In this document: piece after piece, positions 47,823 to 55,962 of the stretch | Layout of the letters: each line of letters begins with the position of its first letter | Position numbering within the stretch: the first letter of the stretch is position 1 | Virus record (IMG/VR): IMGVR_UViG_3300028840_006907 | Coordinates: 288,001-352,000 of that record | Strand: one strand, 5' to 3' | From: a virus | DNA: 64,000 nt | Notes under the pieces: model-generated | Told to the model about the DNA's origin: nothing | Seen by the model: the letters and a program-made list of their open reading frames with translations, nothing else | Databases searched by the model: none | Program-made: the position numbers and the translations under genes

Positions 47823-47966
47823 ATGCCTACTAGAAAAGTTTATGGTGGTAAAAATTATGATTGGAATTATGGTAGAACCAGAGATGATTTAAAAGCTGAA
47901 GCAAAATGGAAAGAATCAAAAGACCGGAAAGAACGTCAAGAACAAGACAAAAGAAATAAGAAATAA
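47823..47966 (+). CDS. 47-aa basic protein (below ORF-track cutoff)
   Basis: RBS aaggag; MPTRKVYGGKNYDWNYGRTRDD...; stop directly abuts next ATG (TAAATG). Confidence 0.35.
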   Translation: MPTRKVYGGKNYDWNYGRTRDDLKAEAKWKESKDRKERQEQDKRNKK

Positions 47967-48536
47967 ATGTTTTATAGAAGAGAATTAATTGATCTAAATT
48001 CTAGTGAAGGAAAGACTCTAATGGAATGTATGTTGCCAGGTTGTCAGGGCAATGAGTTTAAAGAGACTGTTGCCAATAGATTAAGAAAAGTCTCACGGAT
48101 ACTTAAGGCTCAATTCTATGACATCGATCCTGAAATGCTCCTGAGACTATATCAGGATTATCTCGAAGAAATGCCTGATAATTGGAATTATATCCTTCCA
48201 CCTGAACTTAATGAAATTATAAAAAGTGGTCAGGCTAGTAATTATTTTCTACTTGATATTCGGAAACCTGAAGATTTTCAGGAAGTTCGTATACCAGGTA
48301 CAGTAAATATCTATTGGCAAGATGTATTGAAAAAAGAAAATTTAAATAAATTGCCTATTGATAAAGAAATAATAATTATTTGTTATCTTGGTCATACAAG
48401 TTCTCAGATCTTGGTTATTTTGTCCACATTAGGTTACCGTTGTAGATCTCTGAAGTTCGGGATGGGTAAAAGTCCCGATGTAAAAGTACTTATAAAGGGT
48501 TGGTTGGATTATAATTTCCCAGTGATAAAACAATAG
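47967..48536 (+). CDS. rhodanese-domain protein
   Basis: LLDIRKPEDFQEVRIPGTVNI and active-site loop CYLGHTS (compare GlpE CYHGNSS). Confidence 0.75.
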   Translation: MFYRRELIDLNSSEGKTLMECMLPGCQGNEFKETVANRLRKVSRILKAQFYDIDPEMLLRLYQDYLEEMPDNWNYILPPELNEIIKSGQASNYFLLDIRKPEDFQEVRIPGTVNIYWQDVLKKENLNKLPIDKEIIIICYLGHTSSQILVILSTLGYRCRSLKFGMGKSPDVKVLIKGWLDYNFPVIKQ

Positions 48537-48543
48537 ATTTATT

Positions 48544-49032
48544 ATGAATAAGCAATCGTTTAATAAAGAAAATGTTACAGAACTTCTTAGTCAATTGAAA
48601 AAAGTAGTTAATCGGGATTTGGGTGATGAATATAATCAGGAATTAATAGAATTAAGTAGGAAAATAGACCGAAATTTTAAAAAGAGAAAATTAGTAATGC
48701 GGGTGGCTTCTAATTTTTTAAAAACTATTCTTGCTACAATGGCATATAGTACTCATGGTAAATGGTCACCTTCAAAAGAGATTTATAAAACTGAAAAAGA
48801 ACGTGGTAATAAAGTTGATAAACTTCTTTTACAAGAAAATTATGACGCTATTTGGGTATGCCCTAAACCAGAAGATTGTGTAAGATATAATAGAAGTAGT
48901 GATGAAGAAGATGATCCTGTAACACAGGAAGAAATTGATGAACTCGTCAAAGTCAATTTGAGTGGAGCTACACACGTAAAATCTATGGATGATGGTGATG
49001 GCGGGGAATTATGGATTAGAAAGGCAAAGTAG
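48544..49032 (+). CDS. hypothetical protein
   Basis: 162-aa ORF. Confidence 0.5.
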   Translation: MNKQSFNKENVTELLSQLKKVVNRDLGDEYNQELIELSRKIDRNFKKRKLVMRVASNFLKTILATMAYSTHGKWSPSKEIYKTEKERGNKVDKLLLQENYDAIWVCPKPEDCVRYNRSSDEEDDPVTQEEIDELVKVNLSGATHVKSMDDGDGGELWIRKAK

Positions 49033-49610
49033 TGATTTGTTCTGATGAATATCAATTCATATTTTATGCAGTCCCTAAAACCGGTTCTCGATCCATGCAA
49101 AATTTTCTTCAACGTTACGGTCGTCGCTCTGTAACTGGCTGGTCACCTAATCATAATAATTATGAAGAAGTAAAAAGTGATGTAGGTATAGAAAAAAGTA
49201 ATAAATATTTTAAGTTTGCTTTTTTCAGAAATCCATGGGCTATGCTTGTATCCATGTATTTCTATAATATGCATATATGGGGACTAAATGCCAAAAAAGA
49301 TTCTGTTGTAAATTGGCTTAATACATATAAAGGCGGGGATCCTTATATTCCTTATATTTTTGATAATGAAGGAAATGCCATTTTGGATTTTATGGGTAAG
49401 TTAGAAAATTCCAGAGAAGATTTAAAAACTGTCTGTAAAATGTTAAAGATCCCGATCTCAGGAGAATTGTCCCATATAGGAAAACAACATGTAAAAGGAA
49501 GATTGGATTATAGAGCGTATTATGAAAGTCCAGTACTAGTGGAAAAAATAAGAAAGATATTTTCAAAAAGTCTTAGTGTGTTAAATTATGACTTTAATGA
49601 AGGGGTTTAA
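49032..49610 (+). CDS. sulfotransferase (family 2-like)
   Basis: GTG start; FYAVPKTGSRSM (PKxGS/T) and FFRNPWAMLVSMY (RNPxxxxVS). Confidence 0.7.
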   Translation: MICSDEYQFIFYAVPKTGSRSMQNFLQRYGRRSVTGWSPNHNNYEEVKSDVGIEKSNKYFKFAFFRNPWAMLVSMYFYNMHIWGLNAKKDSVVNWLNTYKGGDPYIPYIFDNEGNAILDFMGKLENSREDLKTVCKMLKIPISGELSHIGKQHVKGRLDYRAYYESPVLVEKIRKIFSKSLSVLNYDFNEGV

Positions 49611-49673
49611 CTTAAATATAAAGCTAGGGTCTTATAAGTTGTGATGGGCTTATATATGACTAAAGTGTGGTAA

Positions 49674-49715
49674 GTGGTCAAGGTTCTTAGAGAGGTCCCT
49701 TGACCACTTTTATTT
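49674..49715 (+). terminator. rho-independent terminator
   Basis: GTGGTCAAGG (49674-49683) pairs with CCTTGACCAC (49698-49707); followed by TTTTATTT. Confidence 0.7.
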
Positions 49716-49764
49716 AATTTAAGTATATTAATTTCCCAGAGAGCATAACTAATGCAAAGAAGTT

Positions 49765-49807
49765 TAGGTTGTGGGACCAAGGTCAGGGTTCTGCAACCTA
49801 TTTTTTT
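49765..49807 (+). terminator. second terminator-like hairpin (possible sRNA 3' end)
   Basis: TAGGTTG (49765-49771) pairs with CAACCTA (49794-49800), with an inner GACC/GGTC stem, then T7. Confidence 0.45.
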
Positions 49808-49949
49808 ATCCTATAATACCTCCCATAATTTATGCCCATTAAAGAGGCCAGTAAAAATTTATTTTCTGGCATTTTTTGTAATAAACTTCTAATATCTGTA
49901 ACCTCCGATAAAGGGAAAGCGACTATTACCCTAAAAAGGAGGTCCGTTT

Positions 49950-50816
49950 ATGGACAAAAAATATGAAGACCGAATGCTTGTCGTTTTTATCTTAGTGGGT
50001 CTAGTTGGTGGGTCACTGTTCTATTTCCTTAAAGATGGTCAGCCTCTCAGCTCAATTTTCATGACTTTCGCTCTATCAAGTATCCTCTATCGATTCCTGG
50101 GTGGAATTGGCCAAGGCACAAAATTCAGTGTCGGAGCATTTCGGTTAGGTGGTAGTGCAGCCTTCATGATCGGCTGTATCTTTTTTATCAACGAGTACAT
50201 TTTCCCAAAACCAGAAATCAACACCATTGTTTTAAGTACTCCCCAGGATCGATGGGTTCCTGTTAAATACCCTACAGGTGAGTATGTGAATGTTAAGGTA
50301 TTAACTCCTTCTGGAGATACTATTATTCATGGTATAAGTAGTGTAGAAATGGATGCTTTAAAAAAAAGGGAATACTGCATCACAAAAGAAGGGGAGAATT
50401 TTTATATCTGTTCTAATGCTGATTCAACGGTAATAGGCCATCTTAAGTTTGAAGATGTTTTTAAAGCTATTGAAAATGATATCCATATCACAGTCCAAGA
50501 TTTTCGGGTTTTTAAATTATACCCTAATCCTATAAATGACCCAAAAGATCAAGAAAAGAAATATAAAACTACTGATTCACTTGATGCTGTAAGTCAGACT
50601 TTTCCCATAGTAATCGAAGTCGATAAAACTAATATGAATATAAAGACAAAGGATGACAGTTTATTAACATCAGATGTACCTCGTAGTGAAAAATTCTATT
50701 TAGTTGATATTGAAAATGAGTATTTTATAGTTACAATATTACATGCTAATTTAGAAACATCAGAAAGTAAATGGTATTCTGAGTTTCTTGTTGGAAAAGT
50801 ATCTATTAATCGATAG
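49950..50816 (+). CDS. membrane protein with C-terminal soluble domain
   Basis: RBS aaaggagg; three N-terminal hydrophobic helices (MLVVFILVGLVGGSLFYF, IFMTFALSSILYRFLGG, GGSAAFMIGCIFFI). Confidence 0.55.
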   Translation: MDKKYEDRMLVVFILVGLVGGSLFYFLKDGQPLSSIFMTFALSSILYRFLGGIGQGTKFSVGAFRLGGSAAFMIGCIFFINEYIFPKPEINTIVLSTPQDRWVPVKYPTGEYVNVKVLTPSGDTIIHGISSVEMDALKKREYCITKEGENFYICSNADSTVIGHLKFEDVFKAIENDIHITVQDFRVFKLYPNPINDPKDQEKKYKTTDSLDAVSQTFPIVIEVDKTNMNIKTKDDSLLTSDVPRSEKFYLVDIENEYFIVTILHANLETSESKWYSEFLVGKVSINR

Positions 50817-50823
50817 AGGTAAT

Positions 50824-51252
50824 ATGAGCAATATGAAAATTGCAATAGCTTCTTATATGCGTTATACAGTTGTTTTAGCCAACTTGAAAGAGCATTTCAA
50901 AAGAGAACTCGATCTAGCTGGCCTATTTGATAAAGACTCCGATTATAATGGAATGATAGGTAACGCTGTTATGGACCTGTGTAAAGTCTTCTCTGATCAG
51001 GGCCATAGCGGGTTCTCCGCGAACTGGGTTCTGAAATTGTTCGATACTCTTGGTCACTATAAAACGTTGACTCCTATTACAGATAATCCGAAAGAGTGGA
51101 TGAAGGTTACAGATGGCCTCGGTAGAGATGAACCGGTCTGGCAGAGTAATCGAAATCCTTCCCTTTTTTCTAATAATGGTGGAAAGAGTTATTATGATGT
51201 AGACGATAAGAAGCGTAAGAAGATCCGCTCTAAAAAGTTTAAAAAGAAATAA
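50824..51252 (+). CDS. hypothetical protein
   Basis: ATG 50824 follows upstream stop (track start 50788 overlaps); basic C-terminal tail. Confidence 0.5.
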   Translation: MSNMKIAIASYMRYTVVLANLKEHFKRELDLAGLFDKDSDYNGMIGNAVMDLCKVFSDQGHSGFSANWVLKLFDTLGHYKTLTPITDNPKEWMKVTDGLGRDEPVWQSNRNPSLFSNNGGKSYYDVDDKKRKKIRSKKFKKK

Positions 51253-51414
51253 TTTTTCTGAATAAATCAGGTTTTTTTCTTATTCTTTCGATAATTTCTC
51301 TTCTCTTTTTTCTCATAATTTATTATAATTATATATAGTATCTATAGCTCTTTGAAATTGGTAGAAATTTACTGAATCCGTAAGCCCTTGATCTTATGAT
51401 ATTTATGTTTTAGT
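51253..51414 (+). promoter_or_regulatory. AT-rich CRISPR leader-like region
   Basis: 162-bp gene-free AT-rich segment immediately 5' of the first repeat in the I-E repeat orientation; possible TTGATC(51388)-17 nt-TAGTAT(51411) promoter, weak. Confidence 0.45.
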
Positions 51415-52313
51415 ATATTCCCCGCGTATGCGGGGCTGGGCCGATAAATCTTAAAATGGGTAAGATAAAAACCTGAATATTCCCCGCCCATGCGGGGCTG
51501 ATGCGTAATATAAATAATTTTTGATCAATTATAGGACATATTCCCCGCCCCTGCGGGGATTCCCCGAAAATATTGATGTTTTTTTGTATATATCAAAAAT
51601 ATTCCCCGCCCCTGCGGGGTTGATGCGAATACCGAACAAGTGCAGGGCCTGCAGATTATATATTCCCCGCGTATGCGGGGCTGGCGCGTAGGAGGTAAAA
51701 ATGAAATCGAAACATATTCCCCGCGTATGCGGGGCTGGTTCTAGAATTGAATGAAGCGCTGAATTTTCCCCGCCCATGCGGGGCTGAACCGACCGGGAAA
51801 TCATATCTATCCATAAATCTTGCATATTCCCCGCGTATGCGGGGCTGAACCGATACTAGATTGGGACATGTGTTTACCCAGAACATATTCCCCGCCCATG
51901 CGGGGCTGAACCGATTTCAAAAAACACGACCAGATAAAGATGAATATTCCCCGCGTATGCGGGGCTGTGTCAGGGTGAGAGGCTCGTGACGAATAATTTT
52001 TCATATTCCCCGACTCTTCGGGGTTGCCCCTCAGGAAGCTATTGAATTGCAAAAAACTGTATTCCCCGTCTATGCGGGGCTGTCTCTCCACATGCAAATG
52101 TAAGTAGTAAATACTGAATATTCCCCGGCATTCCGGGGCTGATCCCGTCTGGTAAAAACATAAAATGGTTCATCATAAGTATTCCCCGCCCATGCGAGGT
52201 TGGGCCATCCAGTACTGCTACTGCTAGGACCGTATTCCCCGCCCATGCGGGGCTGATCCTACGACTGGGACAGAAGTATTCATTGGTTTCACCCCGGCCT
52301 TTCCGGGGTCTAA
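51415..52313 (+). CRISPR. type I-E-like CRISPR array, 16 repeats, no adjacent cas genes
   Basis: Best repeats ATATTCCCCGCGTATGCGGGGCTGAACCG at 51824 and 51885 (51763 differs slightly). The TTCCCC anchor recurs at 51418, 51480, 51541, 51602, 51663, 51717, 51766, 51827, 51888, 51947, 52006, 52062, 52121, 52182 and 52235, plus a degenerate copy near 52288. Unique intervening sequences. Confidence 0.85.
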
Positions 52314-52316
52314 AAT

Positions 52317-52355
52317 AAGGATCTGAGATTTTTTTCTTAGATCCTTATATTTTTA
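52317..52355 (+). terminator. rho-independent terminator immediately after the array
   Basis: AAGGATCTGAG (52317-52327) pairs with CTTAGATCCTT (52336-52346) with one G-U; 8-nt loop; T-rich tail. Confidence 0.65.
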
Positions 52356-52409
52356 ATAATGTATTTATATTATTCCTTTAAATAATATCAAAATAAAAAA
52401 GGAAAAAGT

Positions 52410-53315
52410 ATGGCAATTGCGTTTATGAGAGGAAGCACCACTAATCAGAATGATTTGACCATAACGGTACGTGATACATCCAATAATTTGATCGACCCGT
52501 ATTCGTTGGAGTATGCTGTCTTCGATTACACTAGTGGCACTGAGGTCCTCATCGGATCCCCTGTTAATACTCCGCTCAAGTTGTCAACAGGAGAATATTG
52601 GGCGGAGGTTGTAATAGCAGCCGATGCCAATATAGGTCTCTGGCGCATCCGTTGGACAATTCAAGAAACAGCAGTCAGTCCTGTTTATCAATCGGTTCAG
52701 GAATTTCAAGTAGTAGGTTCCAGTGTTGTGACGAGTGTAACCGGAGATGCAAATTTTGATGCATTGGTCCATTCTTTACGAGTGATACTCCGAGACAACA
52801 ATCCGGACCGCAACTACAGATTTCGTCCCCCAGCTTCCGAGAAATTTATCCAAGGTCAGACCCAAGTCTTTGGATTCATTTGGGAAGATGAAGAGCTTGT
52901 AGAGTATATATACATGGCTATTGACGACTTCAATTCACGCCCCCCGACTACAGGTATAGATGTGGCCAATCTTTGGGGAACTGAGAGACGGTGGAGAACT
53001 ACAATTATTTTAAGAGCAGCAGCTTTTGCATGTTTCGCTATAACAATGAATTGGATCGCTGACGAATTTTCTTATTCAATTTCTGGAGTATCTCTTGACA
53101 TTGAGAAATCTTCGAAGTATCAATCTATGAAAGAGAATTATATCAATGAATATGACAAGCTTGTCGAGGCCAATAAGAGATCCATAAAAATTATAAAAGG
53201 TCTTAGGCAATATCGGTACGGGGTGGGCATCACGAGCGCCCTGGGACCCATGAACAGACCTGGAGTTCAAAGTAGAAGAAACCTTATAAGTCCAAGTTAT
53301 GGCCCTTATTTCTAA
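52410..53315 (+). CDS. hypothetical protein (possible virion protein)
   Basis: 301-aa ORF; visibly less AT-rich than its surroundings; no motif recognised. Confidence 0.5.
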   Translation: MAIAFMRGSTTNQNDLTITVRDTSNNLIDPYSLEYAVFDYTSGTEVLIGSPVNTPLKLSTGEYWAEVVIAADANIGLWRIRWTIQETAVSPVYQSVQEFQVVGSSVVTSVTGDANFDALVHSLRVILRDNNPDRNYRFRPPASEKFIQGQTQVFGFIWEDEELVEYIYMAIDDFNSRPPTTGIDVANLWGTERRWRTTIILRAAAFACFAITMNWIADEFSYSISGVSLDIEKSSKYQSMKENYINEYDKLVEANKRSIKIIKGLRQYRYGVGITSALGPMNRPGVQSRRNLISPSYGPYF

Positions 53316-53408
53316 TGAGTTATGGAGATGATAGCTTTTTCTGTAAATCTAAATTATTCTATATGATTTTATAAAGAATATTTGTAGACTTGGACCTAGG
53401 GCAGTACC

Positions 53409-55859
53409 TTATATTTTATTATTTTTTCTAAGGAGAGCTATCTGACGTTTAATCCATCGAGGAGTTTCTTCAAGAGTTTCAGCCATTTGATTTCTTGTCA
53501 TCTTTCCACGATTATCTATTATGAATTGGAGCTTTTCTTCAGTCTTTCTATCTTTGGTACAACCAATAGGGTTTTTTGTAGATAATGTACCTTTTTTTTG
53601 TAAGAATTTTATTTGAGATTTAACCCATCGCTCTGTTTCATTGAGAGCTTTAGATAATTCTTTTTTAGTTTTATTTTTATAATTAGTGATTATATACTGC
53701 GTTTTTTCAGGGGTTCTTCTACATTTTGTTGAGAATTTAGAAATCTCTTTTAAATAGGTAAATTTCTCAGTGGGTTGTTTAATATTTATATCTTCAATAC
53801 ATTTTGAATTATATATTTCTTTTTCTCTTTTAGGATAAGGTTTAGTAACATAATTTTTTAATTTGTTAATTTTTTTCTTATCTCTTTTATTTTCACCTAT
53901 TAATAAGACATATTTATGTTTTCTTTCAGTAATAAATTTTTGAGCTTCAGATAATATATTTTTATTCCAATTATTCCATTGAACTTTAATTCCTTCTGGT
54001 ATGGTACTCATATTTTTAAAACCATTTTCTTTAAACCATTCCTTTTGAGAAATAATCCCTTGATTTTTACACCATTTTTTAAATGCTGATGTACGTTTTA
54101 GAGATTGAGCTGAAAAAGTCCTATTATTTTTAATGGAAGGATGTTTATATAAGTATGAACTTCCAAAGTTATTTCCTAGATAATCAAATCCACAAGCTTG
54201 GTAAATAGTCCCTATTTCAAGAGCTTTAGGATCAGCATAACCTATGAAAGCTCTTTTAGAAGTGTTATTAGCCATCCAATTACAAGCAAACCTTATAAGA
54301 CGGCTACCCAGGTTTTTCGGGGTCCATGAGGCAGTGGCACCTCTTTGAATTAAAGCTTCATATTTGGGAGTATCTTTACCTAGAATTTTGGAATATGCTG
54401 TGGGTTCATTTATAAATAATACTCCTGCGAGAATATTATTGTATCTGGCTGTGAAGCACCATTTTGGTATTACTCCAATTGTTCCTAACCATTCATATTT
54501 TTTTATAAATTGGACCATTTCATTATTAAATTTTTCTTCAGATAATGTAAAAGAAGTAGCTTTTAAAGAAGAGTGATTGAAATCGATATTTTTTTTATCT
54601 TCATCAATCCATTGAAGTTTCTTTTTATATTGGTGGCATATAAAAGTGGTCTTGTTTTTACTGTTAATTTTATTTTTTATTAAATCAATGATAATACCTT
54701 TTCGGATAGCTTCTTTTACATCATCAGACCAAAATCTAATCAAATTGGGTATATTTTTATTTTGGATTTCATCATTCTTAATATTTTCTTTTATTTTTAA
54801 TGCCCTTGGAGACGTATCATTTTCTCTTATTTCTTTACCATGCCAATAATTACCATCATATTGTACCCATAAGTTATAGCGAGGCATATAGAAATCAATT
54901 ACATGTTTAATAATTGGGTGCATAACTTGATGTTCTACAAAAGGATCAAATACAATAAGATAATTAAAAAAGTTATTTTCTTCATCTGAGGATGAGAAGG
55001 AATTATTTAGTTTAACTGTTTTATATGTTTTTTCTTTTATTTCAACATTCTGTTGGGGATTTTCAACGCCATATCTTTCAATATTAGTTTCAGTGATTTT
55101 TTTCTTAATCTCTGGAGATTGGAATACATTGTCAACCCCGTATCTTGATTGTACTGTTACTTTAACTTTTCTTTTTACTTCTTTAGATTGAGAGGGGTAT
55201 TCTACTCCTCGTTTTTCAATATTAGATTGACGGGATTTTTCTTTCATTGAGTTTAGTTGAGTAGAATATTCTACGCCATAACGTTTTTTAATAGTTTCGT
55301 TATTATGTTTAACTATATCTTCATTTATTTTATCTCGATTCCTTCTTAATCCTAGTTTAATAGCTCTTTCTCGGATGGCTTTCCAGGTCCTGTTTTCAAA
55401 GTAGAGCATAATAAATTCCATAGAATTCTTTTCATATACTTCTTTTAAAAGATCATCTTCTTTGGGTGACCAGAAGTCTTCCCTAGCAGGAGCGCTTTTA
55501 CCACCATCAATCATTTCTTGTTTAATTATTTCAGGATTTCTTTGAAGGTTTAATTTTTGAGCATTACTTCGGATGCTTTGCCATGATCGATTCTTGAATT
55601 TAGAAAGGATAAATTCTTTTGAATTATTTTCATATATATTTTTAAGAATATTTATCTCTTCGGTTGTCCAGGAATCTTTTCTTGGTCCTCTTTTTTTACG
55701 GTCTTCATTTATAAGGTCAGGATTACGGTGAAGATTTAGCTTACGTGCTTTTCTACAGATGGTTGTCCAAGATTTATTTAATTTGGAGATAATAAATTCT
55801 TTTGAATTATTTTTATATATTTCTTTTAATAAATTTTCTTCTTCTATTTTCCAACGCAT
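53409..55859 (-). CDS. free-standing homing-endonuclease-like mosaic protein (Myb/SANT x3, HNH-associated repeats, PD-(D/E)xK-like core, Mom/GNAT-like domain, C-terminal HTH repeats)
   Basis: ATG 55859 with RBS aagagg (track start 55916 less likely). Three W-x2-EE-x2-L...Y...W...I repeats. Four (R/K)(Y/R)GVExxxQ repeats. VIDFYMPRYNLWVQYDGNYWHG. NLGSRLIRF...FIGYADPKALEIGTIYQACGFDYLG. Confidence 0.65.
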   Translation of the reverse strand: MRWKIEEENLLKEIYKNNSKEFIISKLNKSWTTICRKARKLNLHRNPDLINEDRKKRGPRKDSWTTEEINILKNIYENNSKEFILSKFKNRSWQSIRSNAQKLNLQRNPEIIKQEMIDGGKSAPAREDFWSPKEDDLLKEVYEKNSMEFIMLYFENRTWKAIRERAIKLGLRRNRDKINEDIVKHNNETIKKRYGVEYSTQLNSMKEKSRQSNIEKRGVEYPSQSKEVKRKVKVTVQSRYGVDNVFQSPEIKKKITETNIERYGVENPQQNVEIKEKTYKTVKLNNSFSSSDEENNFFNYLIVFDPFVEHQVMHPIIKHVIDFYMPRYNLWVQYDGNYWHGKEIRENDTSPRALKIKENIKNDEIQNKNIPNLIRFWSDDVKEAIRKGIIIDLIKNKINSKNKTTFICHQYKKKLQWIDEDKKNIDFNHSSLKATSFTLSEEKFNNEMVQFIKKYEWLGTIGVIPKWCFTARYNNILAGVLFINEPTAYSKILGKDTPKYEALIQRGATASWTPKNLGSRLIRFACNWMANNTSKRAFIGYADPKALEIGTIYQACGFDYLGNNFGSSYLYKHPSIKNNRTFSAQSLKRTSAFKKWCKNQGIISQKEWFKENGFKNMSTIPEGIKVQWNNWNKNILSEAQKFITERKHKYVLLIGENKRDKKKINKLKNYVTKPYPKREKEIYNSKCIEDINIKQPTEKFTYLKEISKFSTKCRRTPEKTQYIITNYKNKTKKELSKALNETERWVKSQIKFLQKKGTLSTKNPIGCTKDRKTEEKLQFIIDNRGKMTRNQMAETLEETPRWIKRQIALLRKNNKI

Positions 55860-55962
55860 ATGAGTACCTCTTTTTAGTATATTACTTATTATAACAGGTA
55901 TTAGAGTTATTGTCAATATTTCATTTAATAAATATGGAATTCATTAATTTATAGGGAAAAAG

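Noticed and set aside
51529-52097. Three minus-strand ORFs (51529-51825, 51656-51886, 51807-52097) with repetitive PHTRGI/PAYAGN peptides
   Set aside because: They are translations of the CRISPR repeats. The periodic motifs come from the repeated hairpin, the ORFs overlap one another, and they have no RBS.
39981-53353. AAATCTAAA motif at 39981, 43533/43539, 45409 and 53345, several copies 12-25 nt upstream of start codons (possible phage promoter or operator)
   Set aside because: My rough estimate for this AT-rich composition is about 3 chance occurrences in 64 kb on both strands. Five copies, two of them an overlapping tandem, is not significant without more genome.
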